Positions 1 to 12,806 of a DNA stretch of 64,000 bases are shown piece by piece. The DNA is from Eimeria praecox (Eukaryota). The notes beneath the pieces are model-generated. The model searched no databases. It was not told the DNA's origin and worked only from the letters and a program-made list of their open reading frames with translations. The stretch covers positions 1,922,001-1,986,000 of the forward strand of contig OY986946.1 of NCBI GenBank assembly GCA_963920595.1. The letters run 5' to 3'. The position numbers were made by a program, and so were the translations under genes. Numbering within the stretch: position 1 is the first letter of the stretch; the number at the start of each line of letters is the position of its first letter.

Positions 1-1625
1 TTGCTGCCCCACTCAAGGGCCAGTGCGCACTTGGCATTATAGTGCCCTTGTGTGCCACAAGCAATCGGAGGTGAAATGACAAGGAGCTCAGGGGCTCTTG
101 GACGCTGCAAGTTTGAATTTGTTAAGCCCTTTGCAACAGGGTAGAGAATTCAAAAGCATAATGTGAGCAGTAGCTGTAGACTTACATGGGGAGCAACTCC
201 GTTAACTAAGTTCATGTTGGCACCAGCTGCAGCAGGAAGGCAGCAGGAAGGGCGCCGCACATCCACTCTCAGACGTTGAAAGGAACGACCACGATAGAGA
301 CGCTGCACATGAAATCTAAATTGTAGAGTTCTCAACGCAAAAAGGTAACGCTATTCCTAGAGCGGTAGGCTCGACCGAGTAACTAGGTGGGTAGCGCGGC
401 CGGTCTAACGTGCAGGAAACGCCCACCCCTAGCGGCGTGCTCTTCAATATTGCAATTTGCAGTTCCCGCCGGCCTCAGAAGGCAGTTGTCCATGCCTGAG
501 AAAACGGGTTTGCGCTGCGCGGTCCGTCGGCCGCTGTGGCTGGCAGTGGTGGCCAACAAACCGCCCTGGACAATTATGCGGCCCCCTGGTTGTTTAAATA
601 TTTAGTAATTTAACTGCTGCCTCCTTATAGGAGCATTTTTCCGTTGCAACTGAACTGTTGATGGATTTCCACTCACTGAAATCTTCCCGGCAAATGACAG
701 CTGTTTCTCAACGATTAGCATGACTGTGGAATGCTTCGTAGCGATGTAACACAGAAACTCCCTCTAATCCTGAACGATCTAATTATCAGCTGCCTTCTAC
801 TCATGAAGCGCAACGGTAGCCGCAGCGGAAGGACTGAACGGCTCAATCCTTCCGTTCCGACTACCGCCGACGCATTAGACGAAGGTCCAGCTAGAAGGGA
901 TGCATAGCGCAGACCCGGTGCATTTTTTTAAGCAAATGGCCTCACTATTTCAGTAGCACTAGAACTAAAATATATTACTACTAATATCGCTTGGGGGTTG
1001 AGCCTGTTTGCTGCATGTGGGCACCCCTGCGTGTCTGGGCAGTCCTTGTGGACCACCCACTCGGGGACGCCACGATTCCGCTGCGAAAACAAGCCTTCCT
1101 TTACAGAAATAATGTGGAGATGAGAACAGTGCATTGAAGGTGCAGGTAGAAGAAGGCTGGAGAGGTGTGCACCCCACCAAAAGTATCTAGACAGGAGTTC
1201 TCCGGAGGCGGCCTCCGACTGCCCGCTGGTCACCCCCGTCCTTGCTGCAACTTCTCCCGAAGGCGAGGCATGCGCTGTGCGTCTGAATCCCACAAACCAT
1301 TAAGTTGCATTGCAACGCCTTTGAAAGGTTGAAGTTCGCCAGGAAAATATCGGAGGTCCGCAATTGGTGCCGAGTCACATCCGGCATAGACAGGCCTCGA
1401 GGCTAGGCAACCGATGAAAGAAAACTCAAGAGAGAGGACTGGAAAGACGGACTCCCAGTAGCCAAAAAAATATTTGATTAATCTGTTTTATCTGGAAGGC
1501 GTTCGTAAAAGGTAAGACTGATGGTTGAAAGTCTTCTCACTGGATGCCGAGAGAAGAACACCACTTGGCAGTTAGTACTGGGGTGCCCAACGCATATACG
1601 TGCGCTGCAGAATCTATTGGACAGC

Positions 1626-4308
1626 ATGGCAATATCAACTACAGGCAGAGCCCTGCTTCTAGCAGTGGCAACAGCATTGGTGCTCCTCTCCACAAATGGG
1701 AGCGCACTACAGAGTAAGCCTTCCCTGGAATAGCGTTGAGCATGCTGCCTAAATTCCACAGCCCTTGTCTTTTGATTGGTTGCGCATAGATCAATTTTTC
1801 CTTCTGCATTACAATTCCCCTCAGGCATGTCACAAAACTGGTTCCGGCGAAAGCTACGTGCGGTAAGTTGTAGACGACTTGGATGTGCTCCTCAAATTGA
1901 GTTTTACTTCAGTCAGTGTATTACCCCAAACTAATTGGATATGTATTCCTGCGCGCAGGCTGGCAACAGGATGCAGTGGATGAAATCGCCTGCGGTAAGT
2001 TCATGACGCAGAAACATATTGAAGCTAAGCAAGCAAGAAAGACGATTCGTTACAAACCGCTGTGTGCGTACGGACTGCGCAGCCAACCCCTTTGGCAGAT
2101 CTATCTCAGATAAGTTCCCTTTCGCAGTTGATTGCCCGCCTGAATGTAGCAGGTTTCAAGGGCCGCCGGACAGAAGCGGAGTTTATATCGATCTTTAACA
2201 GTGAGTGAATGCTCGTATTATTGCATTCATTCTGAGACGAGAAACCGCCGGCCAAGCATCTTGGTGAGCTAGGTGAACTGTGTTGTCAGGCCTGACGACG
2301 TGCTTTAAGAACTTTTCCCCGCCGCCAGGTCTTGTACTGGACTACACGCCGCGTCCAGCAATGAGTCCAGATGACCTCATTAGAAGCTTCTTCAAATTTC
2401 TTCCACCAAGCGAGTTCATCCAAGGCCCCGGAGCGAAGGAACCCTCTCAAGGCGGCTTAGTTGGAATGATTTCAGATGAAGCTGCGGCGGCAAACACTGA
2501 ACTTGCGCTGACAGCAGAGGGACATCCACCAGAGTCAAGACCTCTCAGGACAACGCATTACGCTAGCAGTGCAAAACACGTTCTTGCACACATTATCAAG
2601 AGCATTTATTCACACTTCCGCGGCCGAACATGCCAGCAAGCAGCAAAACGCCTTGATGGAGCTGCTCGTTTTCTTCTGCGTAGCAACTCCAAAGCTGCTG
2701 TGATGGAGTATCTCCTGGTCTATTCCCTAATTCAGGGAAACGCCGCATCTGCTGTCAAATTCCAGAATACCCAGAGCTCACTTGAGGATATTCGTGATGA
2801 TCAGCCACAAGTTCCACATACTCCTCACGTTGCAACAAACAGCTCGCCAGAAGCTGGCATATACAACCCCGTCCTGCTCGTCTCCTACTTTGACGTTGGT
2901 ACGGGGGTGGTACGCTGGGGCGCAAAGCTAGATTATCTTGCATGGCTATAGTGTTTTTCTGTCGATAATACAATCTCGACATGTCCTGCTGGCTGTGGCT
3001 GCAATGTGCATGCATGCGTTTTCAGCAAAAGCGGGCTATACAAATGAAATTAAGAAGTTCGAAAATTACCTGAGAAAGCCCACAGACGAAAGGACTGTCG
3101 GCGCCATGCTCTTTGGCAACTCACTCGCAAATCCTATCACACATGAGAAGATTACAGAACTCGGCGCAGCTGTTGGCGTTGACGAGGAGCTTTTGCAGAA
3201 GGTCGTCGAGTGGATTGGCCTCTTGGCGATGGACTCATCAGATATAGTTTCAATCCTCATGCCGGATGCCCCAAATGTTGCCTCCTACCTTCGTGGCGTT
3301 TCCTACTTCGCATTTGAGAACGTCTTCAAGCAGAGTAGTGAGCATGGGGTATTCCTCTGGCCCTGAGCACCAGTCTGAGTTAAGCATCCCGTTTTGTCAA
3401 GCAAGCATGCGCATGTCCGGATTGCGGTGCAGGCTCATACGTTATGCCGGGACTGCCATGCGGCGGTAACCTGACTGGCAGCATGCTGGAAACTCTGACA
3501 GGGAAGAAACTTGGCAAGGAATACTTTGTCTTCAAATATACGACGCCGTTGCAGGGTAGTTCAGTTCTTCCTCAAAGCGTGTGGACGCCAGACGCAGAAT
3601 CCCAAGTTGCGCGGTATCTCAAAGCCAACGAGCAGGCAAAGGGAAATTACTTGTTCGCCCAACTACCCCGCGTTTGCGTGCGCTCTTCTCTCTACAAAAA
3701 ATGCTCGAAGAAGCCTCCTTCAGATACAAAAACCAACGAGCAGCTGCTCTGCCACTTCATCAACACCAATCAGAGCCTCTTCTTCGAAGTCGACGGTGAG
3801 GTTCAGCTAGTCCTTAATGTGGTGTTGGTTTGATCGTTTTTTAAGTGTGCATCAGTTAGGTTTACAAGTAACGGGCAAGGCAATGCATTGCTTTGCAGGA
3901 AGGGGGGTCGACGCCTTGCGCAAGAGCATGCTCCAAGGCCGTTTCTCTGGAGGCACTGTTTCAAGGAAGCGCAATGCGCTTATTCGGAGTATGCAGGCAA
4001 TCCGCCGCTTCTTCTTCAACAAAACAACTGCCGCATTGGTTCTGGGTGTAGGTGTCGGAGCGTTGTGTACAGCCTCAGGCTTGGCGGGGATTTTGGGTGG
4101 TTCAGTGTGCGCAGTTGCAGCGATGGGAACGAGCTCATTTTTCCGCAACTTCTTCGCCGTCACGCCATTTGGAACCAAGCCTTCTGTGCCGCTCAGCCTT
4201 GGCGCATTCCTAGCAGGCGAATTCCAGCGAAACATTGACATTACGTCTGCTATGCTGGGCACACGTCGGACCCATAGCGCGCCTACAGCACGCATAAGCG
4301 GAAATTGA
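1626..4308 (+). CDS. Secreted/membrane hypothetical protein, 8 exons, ~642 aa (signal peptide plus C-terminal hydrophobic segments)
   Basis: Exons 1626-1713, 1825-1862, 1959-1994, 2128-2200, 2290-2898, 3026-3337, 3433-3795, 3899-4308. All introns are GT-AG and all phases match (1929 nt). The model joins ORFs 2280, 2938, 3444 and 3817. N-terminus MAISTTGRALLLAVATALVLLSTNGSALQ is signal-peptide-like; AALVLGVGVGALCTASGLAGILGGSVCAVAAMG lies near the C-terminus. Family not recognised. Confidence 0.75.
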
Positions 4309-5309
4309 ACGAATGTGTAGCCAATTTCTTGTGTGGCATTGTGTCGACTCACCTGCGCGGCAATGGATATCCCCCCAGGTCTCCATTGTTTCATGAATGC
4401 TTTTTTGGAAGGATTAAATTCCCTCCTGGACCATATTTTGTTTCAAAACCCGTTTCGGCCGAGTAATCTGCTGCTCAAAAAAGAAGCGAAACCACTTTCA
4501 TAAACGAGCTTTCCACTTGCTTCGCATGGCTTGCGTCGGGGCCCTAGAGAGGCGCAGAAGCGCTCAGTGCAAGGCCTAAGGCAGTCGAGCCCTAAAGCGC
4601 TTGATTCTTCTTTGCAACAGGAGCAGCGGGGTGGAAACCTGAACTGGGGAGTAGGCCATGAGCATCGTAACACACAAGGGGGTGGACGGTAACTAGTCCA
4701 CTACAATCAGCCCGCGTGCCTCACGCTTCGATTGATGTAAATGCGTCTTCCGACTCTGTGTTTGCATCCCTTGTGCTGGAAAAGCTGCCCGCACGTTGTA
4801 TAGGGAAACACTGTTCCTAATGGACACGAATGTACTTAGCGCTCTGATTTTTAGTAGAAAAGCCGACGCCAGATTTCCTGTGACCTTGCGTACGTCAATC
4901 AACAAAAAGCTATCGGAAGTTCTTTATGGCTAGGTTGGGTGACGGTTGGCATTCGGCCCCGGGGCATTTCTTAGTCTACGTGACGTCGATGTTTAGAATG
5001 CTTGCCATTTTGCATCGTAAGAGTACATCTTAGTTGAGATTAAAGCTCGCCAGTATGTTTTGGTCTGCATATGTCAGACCGGGTGATACTGAAATATTCC
5101 AGAAAGTGAAACATGCGACTACTAGCGTTCGCACGTTCGGGAATTCGCTCAACGCTTGGTATTTAGCCACCAGTAAAACGGCAAAAGAATGCGTTTTGGC
5201 TGTTGACGGTCTTGAGCTCTACTTCTTTTCCTTGAGCTACTAGGTTTCAACTGCTCTAAACCAGCGCATTTTGCCACTACTGCGTGCCCGAACCGTTGCT
5301 CTCGGGATT

Positions 5310-7119
5310 TCAGCTTTGAACGAATGCACCTTCTGACAGTTGCTGCTGAGCAGACATCCTCAGGGCCTCATAATATCCTGCTGCGCAGGAAGGGTAGCCT
5401 CTGGCAAGGTCATCGGCCGGGTTGGGTGGAGGGAAGACGCCTGAACGAAGCGGTTTACCACCCATTCACAGCGTTGACTGAAGAAGGGAGGGTCTCTGAG
5501 TCAGCACCAGGAGCAGCAAAGGCCAAGCTCGGGAAACTAGTGCTTACTCCCAGCAACAGTGCTCCCATAATGCATCGTAGGTGCAAGCAACTTTAATTTG
5601 CCAGGACACGCCGAAAAACGCAAAGAGGTGGGAGTCCAGGGAATACGAACTCACCTTGTTGCTGCGCGGACTCTCCACAAGTCTTGACTGCCTCCACCAC
5701 AGATGCTGCCACACTGATCGATTGGCTCAGGAGTGTGACGGCCTGCAGCACATTTGAGCCGGCCACGGCAGCACATAACAAAAGTATTTAAATGCCAGCA
5801 CGAGCTTTTCTAGTAGCCGCCTCTGCAGAAATGCTACTTGCCTGTTTCTTGAATTCGTCGCTGGTAATGGCATCCATAGCTCTGTCCACCGCTCCTAGTA
5901 GAGCTACTGCACCCTCTTGCAGATCTCCCGCGCCTTTACCATTGCCTGTCTTAGTTGTTTGTTGGACTCCTCCGCCAACAACAGGGTAGCTCTCCCTATC
6001 TGTCCCTACTGGCTGTTCTGCACTGTCACAAGCACTTTGCCCAGATGCTGAGGAAGCCATCGCCACCGCGGCTGCAGCGGCTCCAGAAAACATTTCCCCT
6101 ACCAGCTTCGCTGCCGAAATAAGAGACTGCTCCGGTAACGAGAGTCCGATACCCTTGCCTTGGGATTGCTCTGCTTGTTGCCTGATAGTAATTTCGCTCG
6201 CGCTTTCATCATTAGAGGAGAAGCATGATACCTTGGGGAAACAGCTGTTCTGTTGGAGTGTACGCTGTGCCTCTTCTTCAGAGTTAGCCTGCCTTTCTGG
6301 AGTGCATTCTGCAGTGCACTCCGTTGCACTCCCAAGCACCGTGCATTCCGCAGCGGAAGATTCAGTCTGAAATCTACAGGCCACCTTAGGCTGCCCTGCT
6401 TGCTGCATTGGTACTGCCTTGGCTGCTTCGGCTGCCTCCGCTGCCCGTGCTGCAGCTGCAGCCGCACGTTCTCCAGCTGCTGCTCTGAGTGCAGCTGCTA
6501 CCCGGTGCGCCACTGAGCAGCTGTGAGGGCTGAGAAGGGCTTGCTGTGTACCCTGGTGCTGCATGCAGACCGCTTCCGCTCCAACCGCCAGCATGTGAGA
6601 TGGGACGTGAACGTGTTCTTGTGGTTTCGGGCTCCTGTCTCGGACTTGCTTCTCCCCTACTGTTGTTAATTCCTTTTGCTGAGGGTAGGCTATGCCCACT
6701 AAGGACTTTGGTTTGGTGTTTATGTCTGCTTCGTGCTCTGGCCGGATTTCCCCCTCTTGCGGTGGCGGTTGTTCTTGTAGTTCTTCAACCTGTTGCAATT
6801 GCTCTCCTTCAATGGGCTGCTGAGGAGCTCTTGAATGAGACTGTTGAGGAATGGACCCTTGCGGCTGGACGGTTTCGCTACCTCTCTGAAGTGGCTCGCT
6901 GTAACTAGAACCTCCGTTAGCAGATGAATCCTGGGGAGTAGCCGACTGCGAAGCTGTTCCACTCGTTCCGTGGGGCTCTGCAGCAGTCGATACCTTTTTC
7001 AGAACCTGGGCTTGGCTGCTGAGAACTTTGGGGTCATGGGGACCATTTAGTGACTTGTTCCGGCGGCCATTGCCTCCAGCAACCTTGCACGGTAAACATG
7101 TTGAGTTGTTGGCCCCCAT
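5310..7119 (-). CDS. Hypothetical protein with N-terminal myristoylation/palmitoylation motif, Q/E/A-rich, at least 3 exons
   Basis: ATG at 7119 gives MGANNSTCLPCK inside the 450-aa ORF. Exon 1 7119-5842, GC-AG intron (CAG|GCAAGT ... TGCAG), exon 2 5742-5655 (AVTLLSQSISVAASVVEAVKTCGESAQQQ, donor GTGAGT), probable exon 3 5440-5310 (VFPPPNPADDLARGYPSCAAGYYEALR...). The 3' end is uncertain and could extend to ~5163. Confidence 0.65.
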
Positions 7120-9474
7120 TTCGACCGAGAATCCAACCAAAGTTAGGGGAACAGCTTAAGGGTCTCCAGTTTTACACAGATGATGGAATGTCTTGGTTGG
7201 CAAGGCTGAGTGGAGCTACGCCACCTATCTCGGAAACTGGCAGAACCAACGCAGCACGTACGACAAGGAGGTCGACCGGGGCCGACGCTTAATTAACAAT
7301 GTTGAGTTGTGTGTTTGTCCCGACCAAAATTGGATCTTTCGCCTCTGGTGCATACAAAACCATTATCTATCCTGTCAGTTTCAGTCCATTTCACTTGTAC
7401 ACGCTTGCCTGGCGTAGGGGTCAGCTGGCGAGTGGGGTGGCGCCTGCCATCAAGACGTCTCCAACAGCTCGACCAGTCGTGCAGACCTTGCCCTCCCCCA
7501 CTCAAAAAATTAAACAAAATCGCATAACACACGAATTTACGTAATTATGTGGGTATATTAAGTTGCAGGAGGGCTCTAATAATCCTCAGCTGTCGGGCCG
7601 TGGCAAAGAAGACCAGTGGCTGTATTCGGAAAGCGGAAAGCCTCATTCTCTAAAACCGTCATTAACATGGAGATGCATTAAATTTCGTTCATCTATATGC
7701 ATGAGAAGCTGTATGACTTAATTGGTGAAGCGAAACGGACTGTCAGTGCTCGATAAGCCTGCTTCAGCTCCTAAAAGCGGTACACGGTTTAGCCTCCGGT
7801 TTTCGTCCAGCAGCTGCCGTCTGTGGCCAGAAACTTATTTGTGCAAACATCGGGGGGATTTCGGGGATCTGGAAAAGCCAATGTGCTTTTGCCATGGCCC
7901 CAATATTGTTTATAGCATTGGGCGTGCCCGAGGGCGATAGTATGCTGAGCAGAGCACCGTATCGCGGGGAACACTGCTGTATAGTGAACCTATCAAGCAG
8001 ATTATCTGGCAATAGTTTACAAATGAGAACCATATATACCCACCAAAATCTCCAGGGAAGGCGTATTGAGCAGCACCGTTCTGTGTTGTTGAGGCGGGGT
8101 TGGGCGGTGCCTTTGTCAGCTGCAAAAATGTGGGTTGCATGGCATAGAGAACGCTTATGAGAAAAGCGCAGCTGCAATTATTCCTGCTCCCTGTAGTTCA
8201 TGGAGGATGGTAGACTATGTGTGCACGCATTTGGTGTTTTCCTTTTCATCCGCTAGCTTTCTTGCTACAGACGCAGTGATACCAGCTTCTGTCTGGGTAC
8301 CTTTGCGTGGAGCAGCAACTCGTTGAATGGCTTGTTCACCGGAGGACAAAGAGCCGTCACGAGGCCTCTTTCAACACCGACGTGCGGCAAAAGCTCAGAA
8401 AGGACTCCCATGCGGCTCCAGCATGTTGGCTCAGCGCGATTAGACTTTCACAAGCAACTGAGCTTCACCGAGGCTGAAAAATAAGGCTGATGATCATATT
8501 GCAATTCGTCAAACACCGCGCGGGAAAGGGGGCAGCTATACTCAAAGGCGGGTATATGACGATGATGTTTTAAAAGACAGATATGGCTCACCGATTCTCA
8601 CTTCGCCTGTTAAAGAGTGGTATATGTGTGGAACAGACCAGAAATTCCGACCAAATTTAGTTACTAGAAAATTGCAATTGCCTCTGGTGAGTGTTTCATG
8701 ACTTTAACTGTCCCCATCGCAAGCTGCTTTACAGTACTGAAATTCGTAGAATACCAATGTCTCTCATCACATCAAGGCAGCTTTTACTCGTAAAGCTAGG
8801 TGGCTACGTAGGGCTACGTGGCTACTTTAGTAGTAAACACATGCCAGATACCTTATGGTACTGGCCTTGCTTTTAGCAACTACACTGATGTGGGCAACAA
8901 GCTGCATCCGGTGCTCTTCGTCACTTTACACCTTTACCAAGGCGCGGCTGGTTCTCTCTTTCCTAAGTATAAAGCCGTCCTGTTCCCTGAGAGCTGTTGA
9001 GAAGCCCCTCTCCTGCCCATCGTAGCAATCAGCGTTCCCCTAGGGAGCATGAAAGGCGTGAGAGATTGCCCGGCGCAGGTAAAAAGCACTCTGCTACTCC
9101 TGGAGGCCTTACTGTAGTGGCGCGAAGCTTCAACACCACGAATGTGAGTGTCTGGCCTAAGTTAAGCATAGGCTCTTCCCAACCCGCAGACAGAAGACCC
9201 AAATGGCAATGCATTTACCCCAGAGCAAGATGCCACGCAGCCCTTGAATAGCTTTCTTTTTCCTATTTTATCCAACTGGATAAAGAGGCTTTCACCGTTC
9301 GTAGCCAAGACGGATCTGCCTAGTTGCTTTCTGCCCAACGTTCACAGCTTTTACGGTTTTCGGTTAACATGGCACTGGGAAAATGCATTGCGAAATGCTC
9401 TTTTCCCCGGGAGCAAAAACCGTTAGGAAGCATGTAACCAAAAAGATCGCGCGCAAGTTGACGCAGGAGTGTGT

Positions 9475-9547
9475 GAGTGAGTGGCGCAATGGATAGCGCG
9501 TCGCCCTCCGGAGGCGGAGGTTGCGGGTTCGAGTCCCGTCTCGCTCT
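9475..9547 (+). tRNA. tRNA-Arg(CCG): tRNA-Arg (anticodon CCG), copy 1
   Basis: Folds into a cloverleaf: acceptor stem GAGTGAG/CTCGCTC, D arm GCGC-AATGGATA-GCGC, anticodon stem TCGCC/GGCGG with loop CT-CCG-GA, T arm GCGGG-TTCGAGT-CCCGT. Followed by TTTT (Pol III terminator). Confidence 0.95.
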
Positions 9548-12500
9548 GTTTTGGAAATCCATAAGAATTCAAAGGTGGCGTGGGCGCTTCTACAAGGGGA
9601 AGGAATGGAGAAGGCGGAGTAGCGAGGCAGTGCGATATGTGTGGTGGATGTTCTGGTAGGGCTTATGGATTTCCAGTCTGCATTTAGCAGTGTTGCTTGA
9701 AGGCAAAGTGGAACGGCAGCCTGCAACAGCCATCTGTGGAACATGAAACGGACTTGTTGCCAGTGAATAGAAGCGCTTTCAATCGTGTAATATACTGCAT
9801 GCATAGAGGTGTATTTATATACCCATACGGCCAACTTGTTGAAACAGCCGAGAATGATCTGAGGCCCCTGGCAGTGAGCTACTCTTGCCTCCTCTTCACG
9901 GCAAGAATGTTATTTCATCCTCAGTAAATAAATACTTTAGTGTGCATCTTGGAAGGTGTTAACTTCAGTTTGCATGGCATCTGTTGCTGCGCAATCAGCC
10001 ATCACACTTTACTGCAGGCAAGCTGCACCCCAAAGAAGGCAAGGAAAAAACGCTACTGGTTCTCTTCAGCCTTGAAGTTGAGCCTCAAGCCACCTAAAAC
10101 GCGACTATGTCCCCCTGAGAAAGCCGTAATGGTCATTTATTTATGATCCTCTATTCAAAGAACTAAGGTTATGTACATCTAGAGCATCCCTCCACCATGG
10201 TGCTCGAGGCAGCTCTGAAACATACAGATCCGGTGTGATTTTACTACATTTAGAGATTCAAGCCGCACAGCATTGTTTGCAGGTAGCTAAACAGAGCCTT
10301 CATCTTGCAATTAGCGCACCTACAAGTGCAGAGTCCCCATGCAGCGAGAGTCCAGGCCTTAGCCGAGTACCGTTGCTAGCTGCAACACAGCCGAAGGCTT
10401 AAGAAAGAGTACCCACAAAATACAAAAGCCAGACATCGTGGCCATGATGGCACAAAGGCCTGGAGCTGTTAAGGAGACGAACCGCCCTGCCATGAGGCGC
10501 AACGCACCTTGGTGTCAATAATGCTGCAACGCAGCCCCACGTGTACGCGCAAGCATGGTCTAACATTCTAGACAGTTATTTGCATTTGTTTGTCCCTTAG
10601 TTGGCAACCTGTATCCTAGTACGAATGCATGGACCAGTTTGAAACACGCCATCTGCAAGCCCCCCTCCCCCACGCGGCATACGCCTTCGGGGGATTTCGT
10701 TCCCCGTCCTTGCAACTGCTTGCTGGGTGGCAACACGTACGACTGCTGCTGTTGCCGCTGTAGGGAGCAACGCTCCTGGTTGACTATTCCTGTCTCTTTA
10801 GAAAAAGGAAATGGCTGATGAAGCCAATAATTGCACCTGTACACGTATAAACAAGAGCTGGGGAAAAAACAAAATGGAACACTCTTTTCGTCCCCTCAGT
10901 TCGGGGCTGTGAGCCCGGTTGTTCGGGTTGCTGCCTTCTGGGTGCTGCTGCGGATCCACGTAGATTCGGCCGCTGCACATGACACTCCAGCAACGCCCAT
11001 GGCATCTCCCTTGAGCCAGCCCTGGAAACGGATGGCGCTGCAGCGGGTAAACGGTACCAAGCCATTATCGCAAGTTGTGAGCACTAGGCGTTTTGCGATA
11101 AAGAGTAGGAAGACGTGGGGATAGTGGCGAAGCATTCAGCGTGGGCAACCACTGCTTCTTTTGTTGCTGCTGCCGCTGCTCCTACGACAAGAAACCCAGA
11201 AGCAAACCATGTTCTTCAACGGAGCACATCATACTGGGTTAGCAGTATCATCTCTCGACCGGTGCAACGACAGGCCTGCGTTGAGCAGTGAAGGCCATTA
11301 CGAGAGCAGAGAACAGGTACAAAGACAAGCCAGCGTGGCGCAACAGAGGCTGCAGGGAGAACTCGGACTCGCTGTTGCTGCTGTGCTGCTAGTAGCGCAA
11401 AAGTTGATGCTGGCCCCGTTGCCTTCCCTTCAGGTGAATAAAAAGGGATTAAAAGTGAAGTAGATCCCCATACTTTTGCCATGCCCTGAGAGGGGCGGGG
11501 GGGCCTTGGGGAGTCCTCAAGGATGCAGCCCCCACACAAATTTAAGCAAGCGGCGCCGAGCCTAACATAGGTAGAGAAGGCACCGTGCATCACGGAGACA
11601 AACAGATGGCCAAGGAGCAAGCATAGATAGAAGCATACAAGCCCATCAGCACCAGCAGTCAAGCAAGTGTCCACAAAATGTTGTGCGCGGCCCAACTTTA
11701 AGCCGCGCCGTGCGCGGTTGCGCTTATAGTCGCTACTTCTGAGTTAGGAAGGTCCCCCAGGCTGTTCTGAGGAACTTCATCGCACACGTTATCCTCGAGT
11801 CCTGCTTGGGAAGTCGGCGAAGTGGCCATATAATGCAATACTTGCTTTTTCTTGGGTCTTTGCGAGCGCGTCCAAGACCTCAGTTCCCGCCTGTTGTGCC
11901 TCTTCCCAACGATGTTGTTGCCTTGTTGCGGGGAGGGGTTGCGGAAATTCCCATGATTCCCTGAACCGCTTGAGAAAGCCAGCATTATGCTATGACGATG
12001 TTTCCACGTTGGAGGTAAACTTACGGTTGAGGCCAACACGCTTATCCAAGGAAGAATAGCGAGGGCCCCTACAGAGCGCGTGACGAGTTTCCTCTGCTAC
12101 ACCCTCCCATGCGGCCTTCGAAAAGCCTGCAGATTCGCTAGAACCAGGTTGCATATGTTGAAAGCCACAGACGCATGTCATTTGCGCAGTTTCCTGCCTG
12201 GTTTTCTAGTGCTTTCTTCGTGGTGCACCCGCCAGTTTTCCTGTGCACAGTCCTCAATACTATCGTGTGGAGGCAGTATTCGTGCCCTTCACTTAATCAC
12301 CCAGAACACCCTTAGGAGTAGTGCTTGCATCAATGCTTGCTCGCAGGCGGACTACGAAGGATCAAGTCAGCGTGAAAGACAGTCGGCACTGCAGTCTCCA
12401 GTGCCAACCCATGTCCCAAAGGGCATTGCTTATGCGCGCATGTGGCACTGCTTTGCAGCGCGCGCTGCAGCAAGGTGCGTTGCACTCAGTTAGGGGTCTG

Positions 12501-12733
12501 TCCGCGTCCCCACCAGCTCCACGCCCTTCGGCCGCTCTGTTCCCCGCGCCAAGAGGCGAGGGAGAAGGCAGCTGATTTTCGTGAACCCTTCATTGGTTGT
12601 TTGACTCTATATTTTGGTTCACGCGGCGTTGGTAGGAAGAATGGAACAAGGAAGAAGGCATTTATTTTGGAGCAAAAACTGTTAGAAAATATGAAACAAA
12701 ACATTTCGCGCGCAGGTTGACGGAGGAGTGTGT

Positions 12734-12806
12734 GAGTGAGTGGCGCAATGGATAGCGCGTCGCCCTCCGGAGGCGGAGGTTGCGGGTTCGAGTCCCGTCT
12801 CGCTCT
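12734..12806 (+). tRNA. tRNA-Arg(CCG): tRNA-Arg (anticodon CCG), copy 2, identical to copy 1
   Basis: Same 73-nt sequence as 9475-9547, followed by GTTTT. Confidence 0.95.

Noticed and set aside
630..1510. Protein-like plus-strand frames interrupted by stops upstream of the first gene (possible pseudogene or readthrough)
   Set aside because: Stop density is not clearly below chance, no family is recognisable, and the downstream gene has its own signal-peptide start at 1626.
10560..12500. Possible minus-strand exons between the two tRNAs
   Set aside because: Only two exons could be joined; no consistent full model and no recognisable product.
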